Assembly: GCA_963524295.1 (NCBI GenBank)
Contig: CAURFZ010000001.1
Location: forward strand, 361,509 to 425,508
Direction of reading: 5' to 3'
Source: an uncultured Candidatus Saccharibacteria bacterium
Lineage (GTDB): Bacteria > Patescibacteriota > Saccharimonadia > Saccharimonadales > Saccharimonadaceae
DNA length: 64,000 bases
Below the pieces are notes generated by a model that saw only the letters and a program-made list of their open reading frames with translations, did not search any database and was not told where the DNA came from. The translations under genes and the position numbers were made by a program. Below, piece after piece: positions 19,828-29,837 of the stretch; within the stretch, counting starts at the first letter, position 1; each line of letters begins with the position of its first letter.

Positions 19828-20934
19828 CAGCGTTAATAGACAAGGGGATGATAAGCCGCAATGTGCCGCAATCCACACGTGCACAATAATTCACATCCAC
19901 GCAGCAGTGGGGTAGATGTAAAAGATGTATCATTAATCATCTTTAGGAGTGTAATATAACTTCGCACAATAATCCTTTTACGATGCATATATAGACCCGA
20001 CCCCAGATACGGCCCGAATTGAGCTGGGTTTGGCGGCTACGGGCTTCATGAGCATAAGACGCATATATCCGGTATATAGATCTTCGATTATTGATCGATT
20101 CTATCTCTCACTCAGCAGATTCGCATACGATATCCGCCATCCAAGAGAGAAAGGATAGATTTGCGGTGCTACGCAAAAAAGCAGACGCTTGTTCTATTGG
20201 AGGGAACACACGGTGCATGTTCATGCTTCATGCGCGCAAAGTTACGTATGTTTGTTCGTATGCGTGTTTGCTGCGCAAGGTTTGTGACAAGTCTGCGCAA
20301 CGGCTCGATATCGAACAAACGAGCGCGGCTGCAGATCTAGGTATACGTGCTCTGGTCTCGTATTGCCTGGCGTCATACCAGCACTAACCCGAGCCCCACA
20401 GGTTCTGAGCCATGGTTGCGTTGTTTGACATTTTGTTTGCTTAGTATTTTTGCTATGTTTTCTACCCTGCTTGGGGTGACCGAGATTAAAATACTATACA
20501 ATATCATGATTTGACTTTTTAGCAAAAAACATCTCCCCTACTATTTTTGCATTTTGTTGATTTTGTAGTATAGATATAGTATTTGCACTTTTCGTGCTTT
20601 GTTACATAAAATGTTGTAAATTTGTTCTTGTTTTACAGAGTAGCTCCCCTGCCCTTTACTGGATGTACTGCAGTTAGCTACGAAACCGAGGCTTCGTAAC
20701 CCCAGTAACTTCTCACATTAATTTCTCTTATGCCGCTCCATTCTCAGAAAGATTTATAGCTTGATGACTCTCGCGAATGTCAGGATGCAGGGCTCTTATG
20801 CCAGAACCAACAATCCTCTGGTCGTTATCGATTTCGCTCCATCAATGATAGATGAAGTTACCTATAAAGAAAAAGCAGATATCTCAATATCCACACTATT
20901 TACAAGGCTAGCACTTGTGTTATCAACAGTTTCC

Positions 20935-21861
20935 TTACCGATACGCTGCGCGGCCACTGACGCGGACGTCGAGATATTTGGGAGTGATGTGGTGCTGCGC
21001 CAGGTAGCGAATGGCTCGGGCGGCATCCTCGCTCTGCAGGCCAGCCGAGCGATCGACCGAGAACTTAACAGGATACTCCACCCCTGTAAACCAAACGTAG
21101 ATTTGACGCGTCGTGCCAGCAGGCAGCGTGATCTTCTGGACGGTGAGCTGGTGGCGACGGACGGCACCAACGACTTTGCCGATGAAGCCAAGGAATTGGT
21201 TGCTGGCGACGACTTGGTTATTGCGCGTACCAATACCACTGTCATCCACCACTTCAATGCTTGGCCGCGGCCCATAGGCACGGCGAAAGGCATGGCCCTC
21301 GGTATCAACAAAGAGTTGCTGGCGATTAACCGTCCAGACCACCGCTGCTTGGCGCATAGCAAGGGTGATAGTGCTGCGCCCCAGGCCAGCTTGCTGCGTG
21401 GCTGGGAGCACTGCAGCAACCTCGGGGCAATCATGCGTCTGGAGATAGGCCGCCAGCCGACTAGTATTGAGCGCAAAGCGAAAGCGTTCTAGCGGATGGG
21501 CAGTGAGATAGTCGTTGATCTTGGCTTGGTAGAGCTGATGGTTGCTGGTGAGATTGCCTGCAATAACTGGTGTCGCAATGACGTTATCGAGCGCAAACCA
21601 CACTGCAGCCAGCAGCGCCATCACTACTCCAAGCGACAATGCCACGCGGCGGCGCGTCCGGCGCAAATCATGCGCATGCATACGCGGCGACCGCAGCTGC
21701 GCCTTTGGCTCGCCCGCACTCGGCACGCGGCTGACTAAGCTACCGGTCAGCGTCCGGTTACGCCGGTAGGTGTAGGCGGTGCGCTGGGGCTGCTCTTCCC
21801 TCTTGTTCTTGGCAGCTCGGCGGCGTGCTGGTAGTGGTGTTTGTTTTGTGCGAAAGCCCAT
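20935..21861 (-). CDS. ftsQ: Cell division protein FtsQ/DivIB-like
   Basis: Basic N-terminus, one TM (LSLGVVMALLAAVWFAL), POTRA-like region plus FtsQ-type C-terminal domain. Located last in the dcw cluster. The ORF could start at 21921. Confidence 0.75.
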   Translation of the reverse strand: MGFRTKQTPLPARRRAAKNKREEQPQRTAYTYRRNRTLTGSLVSRVPSAGEPKAQLRSPRMHAHDLRRTRRRVALSLGVVMALLAAVWFALDNVIATPVIAGNLTSNHQLYQAKINDYLTAHPLERFRFALNTSRLAAYLQTHDCPEVAAVLPATQQAGLGRSTITLAMRQAAVVWTVNRQQLFVDTEGHAFRRAYGPRPSIEVVDDSGIGTRNNQVVASNQFLGFIGKVVGAVRRHQLTVQKITLPAGTTRQIYVWFTGVEYPVKFSVDRSAGLQSEDAARAIRYLAQHHITPKYLDVRVSGRAAYR

Positions 21862-22016
21862 GATGCTACAGGCCATTATACCGTAGATGGTTGGTTGTTG
21901 GCAAAGGCTACTGACCATCAAACCAGCCAGCCAAATTAATTGATCACTGAGCTCTCAAGTGGTGAAGAACCCCGTCATTTTGACGGAGTGAGACGTGCGT
22001 TCTGGTCTTACCTATC

Positions 22017-23168
22017 CTACTTCTGACGCCGAGCCGTCTCTACCACCATTTGCGCCACGTCGCGAGCGGCATGAGGGCGTGCATAGATGTGGAGGCGCTG
22101 AGCGAGCTGCTGGCGCTGCGCAGGGTCGCGTATGAGGGTAAGGATGGCTTGGCCAAGGGCGTCACTCTGCTCTAGGGCGTCATCTTGCAAGACTAGCGCA
22201 GCCTTGGCTTCAGCATAGATGGCAGCATTTTTGCGTTGGTCGCCCAGGTGATGGGCCGGCACCAAGATAGCTGCCTGCGCGAGGCCGGCGAGCTCCTGCG
22301 TGAAGGTGGCACTGGCGCGAGATACCACTACATCGGCCGCACCAAGCAATTGCGCCATATGCTCGAAAACGAAGGGTACGCAGTGAAAATCGGGGTGCTG
22401 CGGCGCTTTGGCCTGGGCGGCATCGTAATTGCCCTTGCCCGCCACCAGATAAACCTGCATGCCAGCAGCCAGCAGGTCATCAGCAGCGCGCAGCACCGCG
22501 TGATTGATAATAGCCGAGCCAAGACCACCACCGGTGGCAACAATTAATGGCTTGTGTAGATCAAGCGAGAAGGTCTGCCGTGCCTGCTGCCGCTGAGCCG
22601 CAGTGAGCGGACGAAAATCAGCGCCAATCGGCACCCCCACATAGTGGCTACGCGATGCTGGATAGTGATAATGCTTGAGTGGCCAGCCTGTAGCAATCGC
22701 TGCTGCCCAGCGTGCCATCACGCGGTTAGTCAGGCCAGGGCGAGCATCGGAGTCGTGAATCACTACTGGTACGCGTAGGCAGCGCGCTGCAATACCAACG
22801 GGCAAGCACACAAAGCCCCCTTTAGCAAAGATCACGTCTGGCCGCCAGCGCAGCACCAGCCAGAGGCTCTGGCATACGCCAGCCAGGATCTTAAAGATAT
22901 CTAGTATATTAGCCAGGACGATACTTGGCATGAGCAACTGGCGCACCACACTGAGGTGCTGGTAGCGCCGGAACTTGCCCGCAGCGATTGTCCGCACCTG
23001 CACTGGCACCGCAGCGTGCTGCATGAGCCCGCGCGATTGGCTAGCGAAAGCCTTATCGCAGACGAAGGTCACCTGCACATCGGGCTGGAGGGCTGCGATT
23101 TCATTAATGACGGCGACGACCGGCGTAACGTGCCCGCCCGATCCACCGCCGACTGCCAGTAGCTTCAT
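22017..23168 (-). CDS. murG: UDP-GlcNAc:lipid I N-acetylglucosaminyltransferase MurG
   Basis: MKLLAVGGGSGGHVTP follows AAGGAG. GT28 fold pattern. Overlaps the ftsW 3' end by 65 nt. Confidence 0.92.
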   Translation of the reverse strand: MKLLAVGGGSGGHVTPVVAVINEIAALQPDVQVTFVCDKAFASQSRGLMQHAAVPVQVRTIAAGKFRRYQHLSVVRQLLMPSIVLANILDIFKILAGVCQSLWLVLRWRPDVIFAKGGFVCLPVGIAARCLRVPVVIHDSDARPGLTNRVMARWAAAIATGWPLKHYHYPASRSHYVGVPIGADFRPLTAAQRQQARQTFSLDLHKPLIVATGGGLGSAIINHAVLRAADDLLAAGMQVYLVAGKGNYDAAQAKAPQHPDFHCVPFVFEHMAQLLGAADVVVSRASATFTQELAGLAQAAILVPAHHLGDQRKNAAIYAEAKAALVLQDDALEQSDALGQAILTLIRDPAQRQQLAQRLHIYARPHAARDVAQMVVETARRQK

Positions 23169-24474
23169 GAGAGGTCTCCTTTTCGTTGATTGGTTGGTAA
23201 GCTGCCTGGCGTGATAATTGGAAGGCCAGACCAAGCGCACCAGCAATAAATACCATACTGGTGCCACCAAAGCTCAGCAATGGCAGCGTAATACCCGTCA
23301 GCGGGAAGACTCCAATCATCGACGCTACATTTAGCATAACATGTGCACCCAGCCAGCCAAAGACTCCAGCTACCACCAGACGCATTGTCATATCAGGCAG
23401 GCGCTCGGCAATCCTCAGCAGGCGCAGTAGCAGCGCTGCAAACAGTGCCAGCACCACCACCGCCCCCACAAAGCCAAACGTTTCACCAATGATAGCAAAG
23501 ACTGAGTCGTTAATCGCCTCAGGGAGATAGCCGGTCGCTTGGATGCTGTTGCCAATACCCAGGCCAAATAGCCCACCTGTACCCAGCGCAATCTTGGCAT
23601 TCTTGATGTGGTAGCCATCATCGTTGCTACTGGCGGCGTGGTCATCCCCCTGGAAGAAGGTCGCCACCCGCTCCATGCGGTGCGGCGCAATGACGATGAG
23701 CAGCAGCACCAGCGCCACGCAGCCCGCCGCTAGGTAAGCCAGCCAGCGCCAGCTCATGCCGCTCATCACTACCATGCATGCCACCATAGCAGTGAGTGCC
23801 AGGCCTGTGCCCATATCCTTTTGCAAAAATATCACGAAAAAGAGCGCAGCGCACATCATAATTACCATGGGGATGATCGTCTGATGGAGGTCGTTTATCA
23901 CCCCCTGACGCATTCGTGTGCCAAGGAAGAGTGCCATATAGATAAGCATGCCAAACTTCAGCATCTCGGCTGGCTGGAAGCTCCCCAGTGGCCCCAGCGA
24001 GAACCAGCGGCACGCCCCAAGGCTACACTGAGCAATCGCCGAGACATGCAGCATATTACCAAGAACAAACAGCAGTGCACACAGCACAAAACCGCTCGCT
24101 AGCAGCGTACCCGCCTTCTGGCGCAGCCATGCAAAGGGCACGAGCGACAACCCCACAAAAGCGCTAATTGACAGGAGCAAGCTCACCGTCTGCTTAATGG
24201 CGAAATAGCCATCGGTGTAGTAGTTGGTGTTGTGCGCAGAATTGAGCACATTGGCACGCTGCGGGCCAATGGCATACATCACCACCAGGCCCAGCAGCAT
24301 GAGCAGCCCCACCCAGAGGATAATCTGATAATCCGGCCGGTGCAGCCGTGGTACAGTAGTGGATGAAGCAGTGGCAGCATTGCGCCTGGTATGTTGCTCG
24401 CGACGCACTGGCTGAGCCGACCGAGCCGAAGCCGATCGGTGTGCAGCACGGGTGCGACGGCGAGCAGGCGACAC
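23104..24474 (-). CDS. ftsW: SEDS-family peptidoglycan polymerase FtsW/RodA
   Basis: About 10 TM segments and dcw context. GTG start lies 1 nt after the mraY stop. Basic N- and C-terminal extensions. Confidence 0.88.
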   Translation of the reverse strand: MSPARRRTRAAHRSASARSAQPVRREQHTRRNAATASSTTVPRLHRPDYQIILWVGLLMLLGLVVMYAIGPQRANVLNSAHNTNYYTDGYFAIKQTVSLLLSISAFVGLSLVPFAWLRQKAGTLLASGFVLCALLFVLGNMLHVSAIAQCSLGACRWFSLGPLGSFQPAEMLKFGMLIYMALFLGTRMRQGVINDLHQTIIPMVIMMCAALFFVIFLQKDMGTGLALTAMVACMVVMSGMSWRWLAYLAAGCVALVLLLIVIAPHRMERVATFFQGDDHAASSNDDGYHIKNAKIALGTGGLFGLGIGNSIQATGYLPEAINDSVFAIIGETFGFVGAVVVLALFAALLLRLLRIAERLPDMTMRLVVAGVFGWLGAHVMLNVASMIGVFPLTGITLPLLSFGGTSMVFIAGALGLAFQLSRQAAYQPINEKETSHEATGSRRWIGRARYAGRRRH

Positions 24475-24475
24475 C

Positions 24476-25504
24476 TTAGATATGCCCCCCGCCCAGCGCC
24501 ATCATCAGGCCAATAAAGCCTGTCACGCAAGAGATCACCCAGAAACGCATCGTTACCTTCACCTCTGGCCAACCAATCGCTTGGAAGTGCTGGTGAATTG
24601 GTGCCGAGATAAACACCTTGCGGTGAAAGAACTTCTTACTCAGGATCTGGATCAGGCTCGAGCCCGCCTCTACCACAAACAGCACACCAATGACCGGCAG
24701 CAAAAACAGCGTATTCGTCAGCATCGCCACGACGCCTAGGCTCGTCCCAAAGGCAAAGCTCCCCACATCGCCCATAAAGAACCGTGCTGGATAAATATTA
24801 AACCACAGGTAGCTCAGCAGCGCCCCCACCACGGTGAAGCAAAAGCCCGCCAGCTGCAAATGCCCCTGTAGTAAGGCAATCACCCCAAAGATGCAATAGC
24901 TCACCGCCAGCAGTCCACCAGCCAGACCATCCAGGCCATCGCTAATGTTCACTGCATTGCCAGTTGCTACCACCGCAAAGATAAAGAGCGGGACAATCCA
25001 CGGGCCGAGCTGCCAGTCACCAAGGTACGGCACATGCACCGTTGTATAGCCTAGCTTGACGTAAAAGAACCAAGCCAGCACCGCCGCCATCACCGCGATC
25101 ATTGAGAACTTCAGCCAGGCACGCAAGCCTGCCGAGCCCGAGCCATCACTATTGATATTGATCACATCGTCCAGCAGCCCCACTGCCCCACCACCAAGCA
25201 ATGCCGCCAGTGGGAGCCAGGTCTGGGCTCGGTCGAGATTAAACCCCAGCATCACCACAGCAATGGCCACAATGCCAACCATCCCTGCCATAGTGGGGAT
25301 ATCGCGCGTAAATTTATCGGCATGCAGCTTGGTAAAGACCGTCAACTCCTCGCCCGTTGTACTAGCGGCCCGCTGTTTTTTCCAAAACTTATAACGATAC
25401 GCAAAGTAGGTGTAGAGCGGCGTGAGGGCCATCGCCAGCAAAAAGGCCGCGACGCTGAGGAGAAATGTCGCGTTGAGCTCGCGAACGAGTGTGGTGAGGT
25501 TCAT
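24476..25504 (-). CDS. mraY: Phospho-N-acetylmuramoyl-pentapeptide transferase MraY
   Basis: Polytopic protein with GLLDDVI, NISDGLDGLA and GDVGSFAFG. The ATG overlaps the ftsI stop (TAATG). Confidence 0.95.
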   Translation of the reverse strand: MNLTTLVRELNATFLLSVAAFLLAMALTPLYTYFAYRYKFWKKQRAASTTGEELTVFTKLHADKFTRDIPTMAGMVGIVAIAVVMLGFNLDRAQTWLPLAALLGGGAVGLLDDVININSDGSGSAGLRAWLKFSMIAVMAAVLAWFFYVKLGYTTVHVPYLGDWQLGPWIVPLFIFAVVATGNAVNISDGLDGLAGGLLAVSYCIFGVIALLQGHLQLAGFCFTVVGALLSYLWFNIYPARFFMGDVGSFAFGTSLGVVAMLTNTLFLLPVIGVLFVVEAGSSLIQILSKKFFHRKVFISAPIHQHFQAIGWPEVKVTMRFWVISCVTGFIGLMMALGGGHI

Positions 25505-27258
25505 TATGGTGTGTGTCCTTTCGGCTCGAGCTTCATATAGTCGAGCAACCAATTAGATATATCCGTGAAAATCGGGTGAGCATCTCGACCCCCCTGCATA
25601 TTCAGCCCTTTGCCCGAAACCTCCACCATAATAACATACGTTGGTGTTTTGCCAACCTCCCCACCAAAACCGAGGTAGGTGCCAATGGTTTGGTTCGAAA
25701 TATACTTACCATCCTTGATGGTTTGCGATGTACCCGTCTTGCCGCCAATGTAGAACCCCGCACGATCGCCACCCGCATAAAAGGCCTGGCGCGCTTGATG
25801 CACCATTTCGCGCACAGTGGTAGATGACTGCGGCTTGATAACATGAGCATACGAGGCCTTGCGTGCCGCCTTGGCAAAGGTGCCATTGTCGTCAATCGTC
25901 CCTGCGATGACGGTGGGGCTATGGTATGTCCCACCATTAATAATAGCGCTAAAGCCGGCCGAGACCTGCAGCATCGTCGCATCCATCCCCTGGCCAAAGG
26001 ACATATTAGAGTAGCGCACTGCATTGCCCTGCTGCTGGGTGGGCGATACGATATTACCCTTAGCCTCACCAGCGAGTTCCACTCCCGTCAGCTGCCCAAG
26101 ACGAAAGCGCTTGTGGAAGTAATCATACATCGTGTCGCGCGCCTGGCGAGTGATGTAGCTGCCATTGCCCAGGCGCTGCGCAACGGTGACCATACCGGTG
26201 TTGAGTGACCAATTGAGGGCGTGCTGCATGGTAATATTGCCCGTCTGACCCTTGCTGGCATTGCCAATGGTAATGTCGTCTACCTTGATGCTGTCGGTGT
26301 TGTTGTAGGTAGTTTGCGGCGTGATAACCCCTTTGTCGATACCTGTCGCCACTGTGAATGTCTTGATGTCGGAGCCCGGTTCGTATGGCGTGGTGATGGT
26401 ATTGTTATTGAGCGCGGCGACGCTTTTGATCGTCTTCAGGTTGGACGGGTCATAGGTGGGGAGGTTGGCCATGGCTAAGACCTGGCCGTTCTGCGGATTC
26501 ATCACGACGGCACTAACATCGGTAGCGCCACTGCGCTTGGCCCCATCGACAAGCGCTTGCTCCACCCTCGTCTGGATGTTGCGATCGATCGTCAGTACCA
26601 TATTGGTCCCATTCTTAGCAGGCTGGTTGATATTCGTCCGGCCAATGGTTAGCGGCACCGAGCGGATATCTGTCACTGTCTTAAGCACTCCATCTGTGCC
26701 GCGCAGCTTATCATCATTGGCCTGTTCGAAGCCGTACTTCCCCTTACCCTCGGCATCGACAAAGCCCAGTACTTGGCTGGCCAACTGCCCTTCTGGGTAA
26801 ACGCGCTGGCTCATCGCATCAAAGCCCACCCCAGCGAGATTCTCCTTCTTGATAAGTTCAGCCTGCTTGCGGTTCACCTTGGTGGCAAGCACTTGGTAGC
26901 GGCTTGGCTTGCGCGTGATGTATTGGCGAAAATTCTCACGCACATTACCACCAGCCACCTGGTTGAGCACCGTTACGATCTTATCTGCGTCTGTCACAGC
27001 CATTGGGTCGGCCCACACGGTATAGACCGTCTCATTCATGACGAGCTTGGCAGGAGTAGTACCATCCATGGTGTATATCTCACCGCGCTGGGCGCGCAGA
27101 CGAAATTGCTTGACTTGCTCGCTATCGGCCTGCGACACATAGTAGTCGTGCTGCAGCAATTGCACATACCCCAGGCGCAGCACAAACACCACAAGCAGCC
27201 CGCCGAGCACAGCGGCGAGCGCCTGAGCGCGTGGCGTAGCAAGATGGCGCTGTAGCAT
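25504..27258 (-). CDS. ftsI: Class B penicillin-binding protein / FtsI transpeptidase
   Basis: N-terminal TM, SxxK (GSDIK), SxN (SLN), KTG (GGKTGTS). Confidence 0.92.
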   Translation of the reverse strand: MLQRHLATPRAQALAAVLGGLLVVFVLRLGYVQLLQHDYYVSQADSEQVKQFRLRAQRGEIYTMDGTTPAKLVMNETVYTVWADPMAVTDADKIVTVLNQVAGGNVRENFRQYITRKPSRYQVLATKVNRKQAELIKKENLAGVGFDAMSQRVYPEGQLASQVLGFVDAEGKGKYGFEQANDDKLRGTDGVLKTVTDIRSVPLTIGRTNINQPAKNGTNMVLTIDRNIQTRVEQALVDGAKRSGATDVSAVVMNPQNGQVLAMANLPTYDPSNLKTIKSVAALNNNTITTPYEPGSDIKTFTVATGIDKGVITPQTTYNNTDSIKVDDITIGNASKGQTGNITMQHALNWSLNTGMVTVAQRLGNGSYITRQARDTMYDYFHKRFRLGQLTGVELAGEAKGNIVSPTQQQGNAVRYSNMSFGQGMDATMLQVSAGFSAIINGGTYHSPTVIAGTIDDNGTFAKAARKASYAHVIKPQSSTTVREMVHQARQAFYAGGDRAGFYIGGKTGTSQTIKDGKYISNQTIGTYLGFGGEVGKTPTYVIMVEVSGKGLNMQGGRDAHPIFTDISNWLLDYMKLEPKGHTP

Positions 27259-27261
27259 GGG

Positions 27262-27615
27262 CTACTCGCTGGCGTACGCTGTATTGGCTGGTGTTGTCAT
27301 TGTTTTGGCCACACTACTACCCTGCACTTCCTTAAGGGCGGTCAGACGGGCGTTATCGACCTCTAGGTCCTTCTTTTGCTCGCTGAGAGAGGAGATCTTG
27401 TCATCAATCTTGCTGGCCTCGTAGCCATAGCTGACTGTGTGTGTCGCCTGCGCCAGATATATCAAGCCAAGGATGGTGATAAGGAGGGCAATCAGCACTG
27501 TGTGGGTGATTGGCCCAAGTTTGATAGCCGAAGCAAAAGCAACGGTGTTACGGTTGCGCTTCCAGGTGCTCTGGCGTCGACTATTAAATTGCATTGTCCG
27601 TGTGTAGGTTGTCAT
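27262..27615 (-). CDS. ftsL: FtsL-like cell division protein
   Basis: 117 aa, single TM, coiled-coil segment SSLSEQKKDLEVDNARLTALKE. Position is between rsmH and ftsI. Confidence 0.7.
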   Translation of the reverse strand: MTTYTRTMQFNSRRQSTWKRNRNTVAFASAIKLGPITHTVLIALLITILGLIYLAQATHTVSYGYEASKIDDKISSLSEQKKDLEVDNARLTALKEVQGSSVAKTMTTPANTAYASE

Positions 27616-27799
27616 TGTGGTGGTGTTTGTGTTTAACGTTGGTATAGGGTCGTTTCTAGGGTGGGGCGGATAACGCGCCGCCCCAGCGCGAGGTCTTAAG
27701 CCAAGGGCTATTTGCCGTGGCGGACCAATACGGTTGTCGTGATTGATTGATTTTGTACGGGGATACGAACTGGCATGTCCCTACTCCTTTTTTGTTTTT

Positions 27800-28690
27800 T
27801 TATATTTTTGCGGCGGCTCGCAGCTTAGCGCTGCGGGCACGCGGATTGTAAGCATCGTCATGGCTGCCCGCGATTGGCTTCTTGGTGAGGATGCGTAGCT
27901 CGGCCTCGTAGCCTGCCTGGCGCTGCTCCGCGAAGAAGCGCTTGACGAGCCGATCCTCGAGGCTATGGAAGCTAATCACTCCCACACGTCCACCAGTGCG
28001 TAGCAAGGCTGGCACCAGCTGGAGCGTCTGCTCTACCTGCGTCAATTCATCATTGACGGCGATGCGGACTGCCTGAAAGGTACGCGTGGCTGGATGGGTT
28101 TTGCCCCGCTTGCCACGGGTAGCGTGCTCGATGACGCGTGCGAGTTCTCCAGTACTCGACAGTGGCCGTGCCGCGCAAATAGCAGCAGCATAGCACCGTG
28201 CTATCGCTGGCGATTCTTCGCCGTAGCGGGTGATCAGTCGGGCGAGCTCTGCCTCTGCCATGTGGTTGACAATCTGCTCGGCAGTCATCGCCTGGCGTTG
28301 ATCCATCCGCATATCAAGCGGGCCAGTGTGTGTAAAGGAAAACCCTCGATCAGCTCGATCGAGCTGTGGTGACGACACCCCCAAATCCAGTAGCAGCAAA
28401 TCAAACTGCTCACCCTCGCGAACCAACTGCTGTGCTGCATGCAAAAAATCGCAATGCATCAGCCGTGCGCCCTGCCCTGCCAAGCTACCAAGCTGCGACA
28501 AAGCATACTGGTCGCGATCGACCAAACACGCCGTGGTATACGTCTGGGTCTGCTCGAGAATCGCTGTGGCATGGCCGCCATACCCCGCCGTCAGGTCGAG
28601 ATAGCGCTCACCTGGACGTGGCTGGAGCTGGGCCAACACTGCCTCCAGCAATACCGGAACATGAAGTGGTGGATGTGCTTTGATACTCAT
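27800..28690 (-). CDS. rsmH: 16S rRNA m4C1402 methyltransferase RsmH
   Basis: HVPVLLEAV, DLTAGYGGHA, DLGVSSPQLD, ISFHSLEDR. Confidence 0.95.
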   Translation of the reverse strand: MSIKAHPPLHVPVLLEAVLAQLQPRPGERYLDLTAGYGGHATAILEQTQTYTTACLVDRDQYALSQLGSLAGQGARLMHCDFLHAAQQLVREGEQFDLLLLDLGVSSPQLDRADRGFSFTHTGPLDMRMDQRQAMTAEQIVNHMAEAELARLITRYGEESPAIARCYAAAICAARPLSSTGELARVIEHATRGKRGKTHPATRTFQAVRIAVNDELTQVEQTLQLVPALLRTGGRVGVISFHSLEDRLVKRFFAEQRQAGYEAELRILTKKPIAGSHDDAYNPRARSAKLRAAAKI

Positions 28691-29316
28691 ACGTTTCTTA
28701 TGGTAGCATAATATTGCTTTCCTCCCCTACTGGTCGTGGCCTATTTAGCCAAAGAACAACAGAGAAACCGATACTAAGCTCGCTAGCTATACGCCGTCTC
28801 ACGCCTTGCCTCACCACCTCCTGCGCTCGGGATCGCTATAAGGGTCAACATCTCCCAGATGTTGACCTCTTGCGCTGGGCTGATAATCCGTTATTGCAAC
28901 GGATTATCACACTCCCTCGGCAGGAGGATGGCACGGCAATGCTACCGATAGGTATAGCTATGCTTTTCCATAAAGATACGCCCCGCTCAGGCTACTGCGA
29001 GATAGTCCGATGCGGGTTCGAGATCACCCACCTGGTAGCGAAACCTGTTTGTTTTCGCATAAAATGTGTTTGTTTTTGTTGACGATCTTTGTTTGTACCA
29101 GGCCGAGAGAGCCCACCAAAGATCGTTTGAGAGACTTATGTGTATAATTGCCGTAGCAATTATATGAGGTGGAGTTTTTTGGGAGGTGTTTGTGAGGAAG
29201 GTGCGCCCGACAGGGTTTTGCGTGGGTCGGGTGCCCACATGGCTCACTACCAGATGGTTGATCTCGAGGATATCAGTTACACGTACTTGTTAAAGAGCGT
29301 CACAAAAACAGCCTTG

Positions 29317-29679
29317 CTACTCGGCCTGCTCTGGTGCCATCAAGCGCCAATACTGGCCAGCGCGCACCGCCACAACCTCGCGTGATATCCCAGCATAATC
29401 CAGCAGATGCTGCTCTACCGTTACCCTGCCCTGCTTCTGGTCCAGAGTGGCAGCCGTCTTGCCGCGCCGGAACTTGACGTTGAGGTCGGCGACATGTTCA
29501 TCCAGGATGCTACCCGTCAGCGCTGGCTCTACCTGGCTATCCCACACATCCTGCGCATACAGGTGGAGGTAGCTGCCAAAGCCGCGCGTTAGGACCACGC
29601 CACTAGCGAACTCCGCCCGAAGCTCCGTCGGTATGGTGAGCCGACGCTTGTCATCCAGCTTGCGTTCGAAGTAATCCAT
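29317..29679 (-). CDS. mraZ: Transcriptional regulator MraZ (short, 120 aa)
   Basis: MDYFERKLDDKRRLTIPTELR (DxxxR-type SpoVT/AbrB motif) and a second half with QKQGRVTV. First gene of the dcw cluster. Confidence 0.8.
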   Translation of the reverse strand: MDYFERKLDDKRRLTIPTELRAEFASGVVLTRGFGSYLHLYAQDVWDSQVEPALTGSILDEHVADLNVKFRRGKTAATLDQKQGRVTVEQHLLDYAGISREVVAVRAGQYWRLMAPEQAE

Positions 29680-29748
29680 GGGGTGTGGCGATCCTTACAG
29701 ATGAATTATTTTGTTTTTGTGCAGTGGTGTTTGTTTTTCTCGTGGTTA

Positions 29749-29814
29749 CCCACTTTCTTCCACTACTCCCACTATACTACCCACTCTCACCCACACGCAA
29801 CCCCTTTTACCCAC
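29749..29814 (-). promoter_or_regulatory. Array of six ~10-bp-phased GTGGG (one GTGG) direct repeats, a candidate MraZ operator
   Basis: Plus-strand CCCAC at 29749, 29768, 29780, 29790 and 29810, and CCAC at 29760. The array lies 70-135 nt upstream of the mraZ ATG. Confidence 0.55.
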
Positions 29815-29837
29815 GGCGTTCCCCGCCGCACTGGCGC

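Noticed and set aside
20761-21492. 243-aa plus-strand ORF
   Set aside because: It lies entirely antisense to the FtsQ-like gene, which has a TM segment, a POTRA-like domain and dcw context. It has no RBS or motif. Treated as a shadow ORF of a GC-rich gene.
28995-29035. tRNA/tmRNA-like T-arm GCGGGTTCGAGATCACCCACCTGGTA
   Set aside because: The flanking bases do not form a 5-bp T stem. No matching acceptor 5' strand or D and anticodon arms occur within 90 nt upstream. At most it is a decayed fragment.
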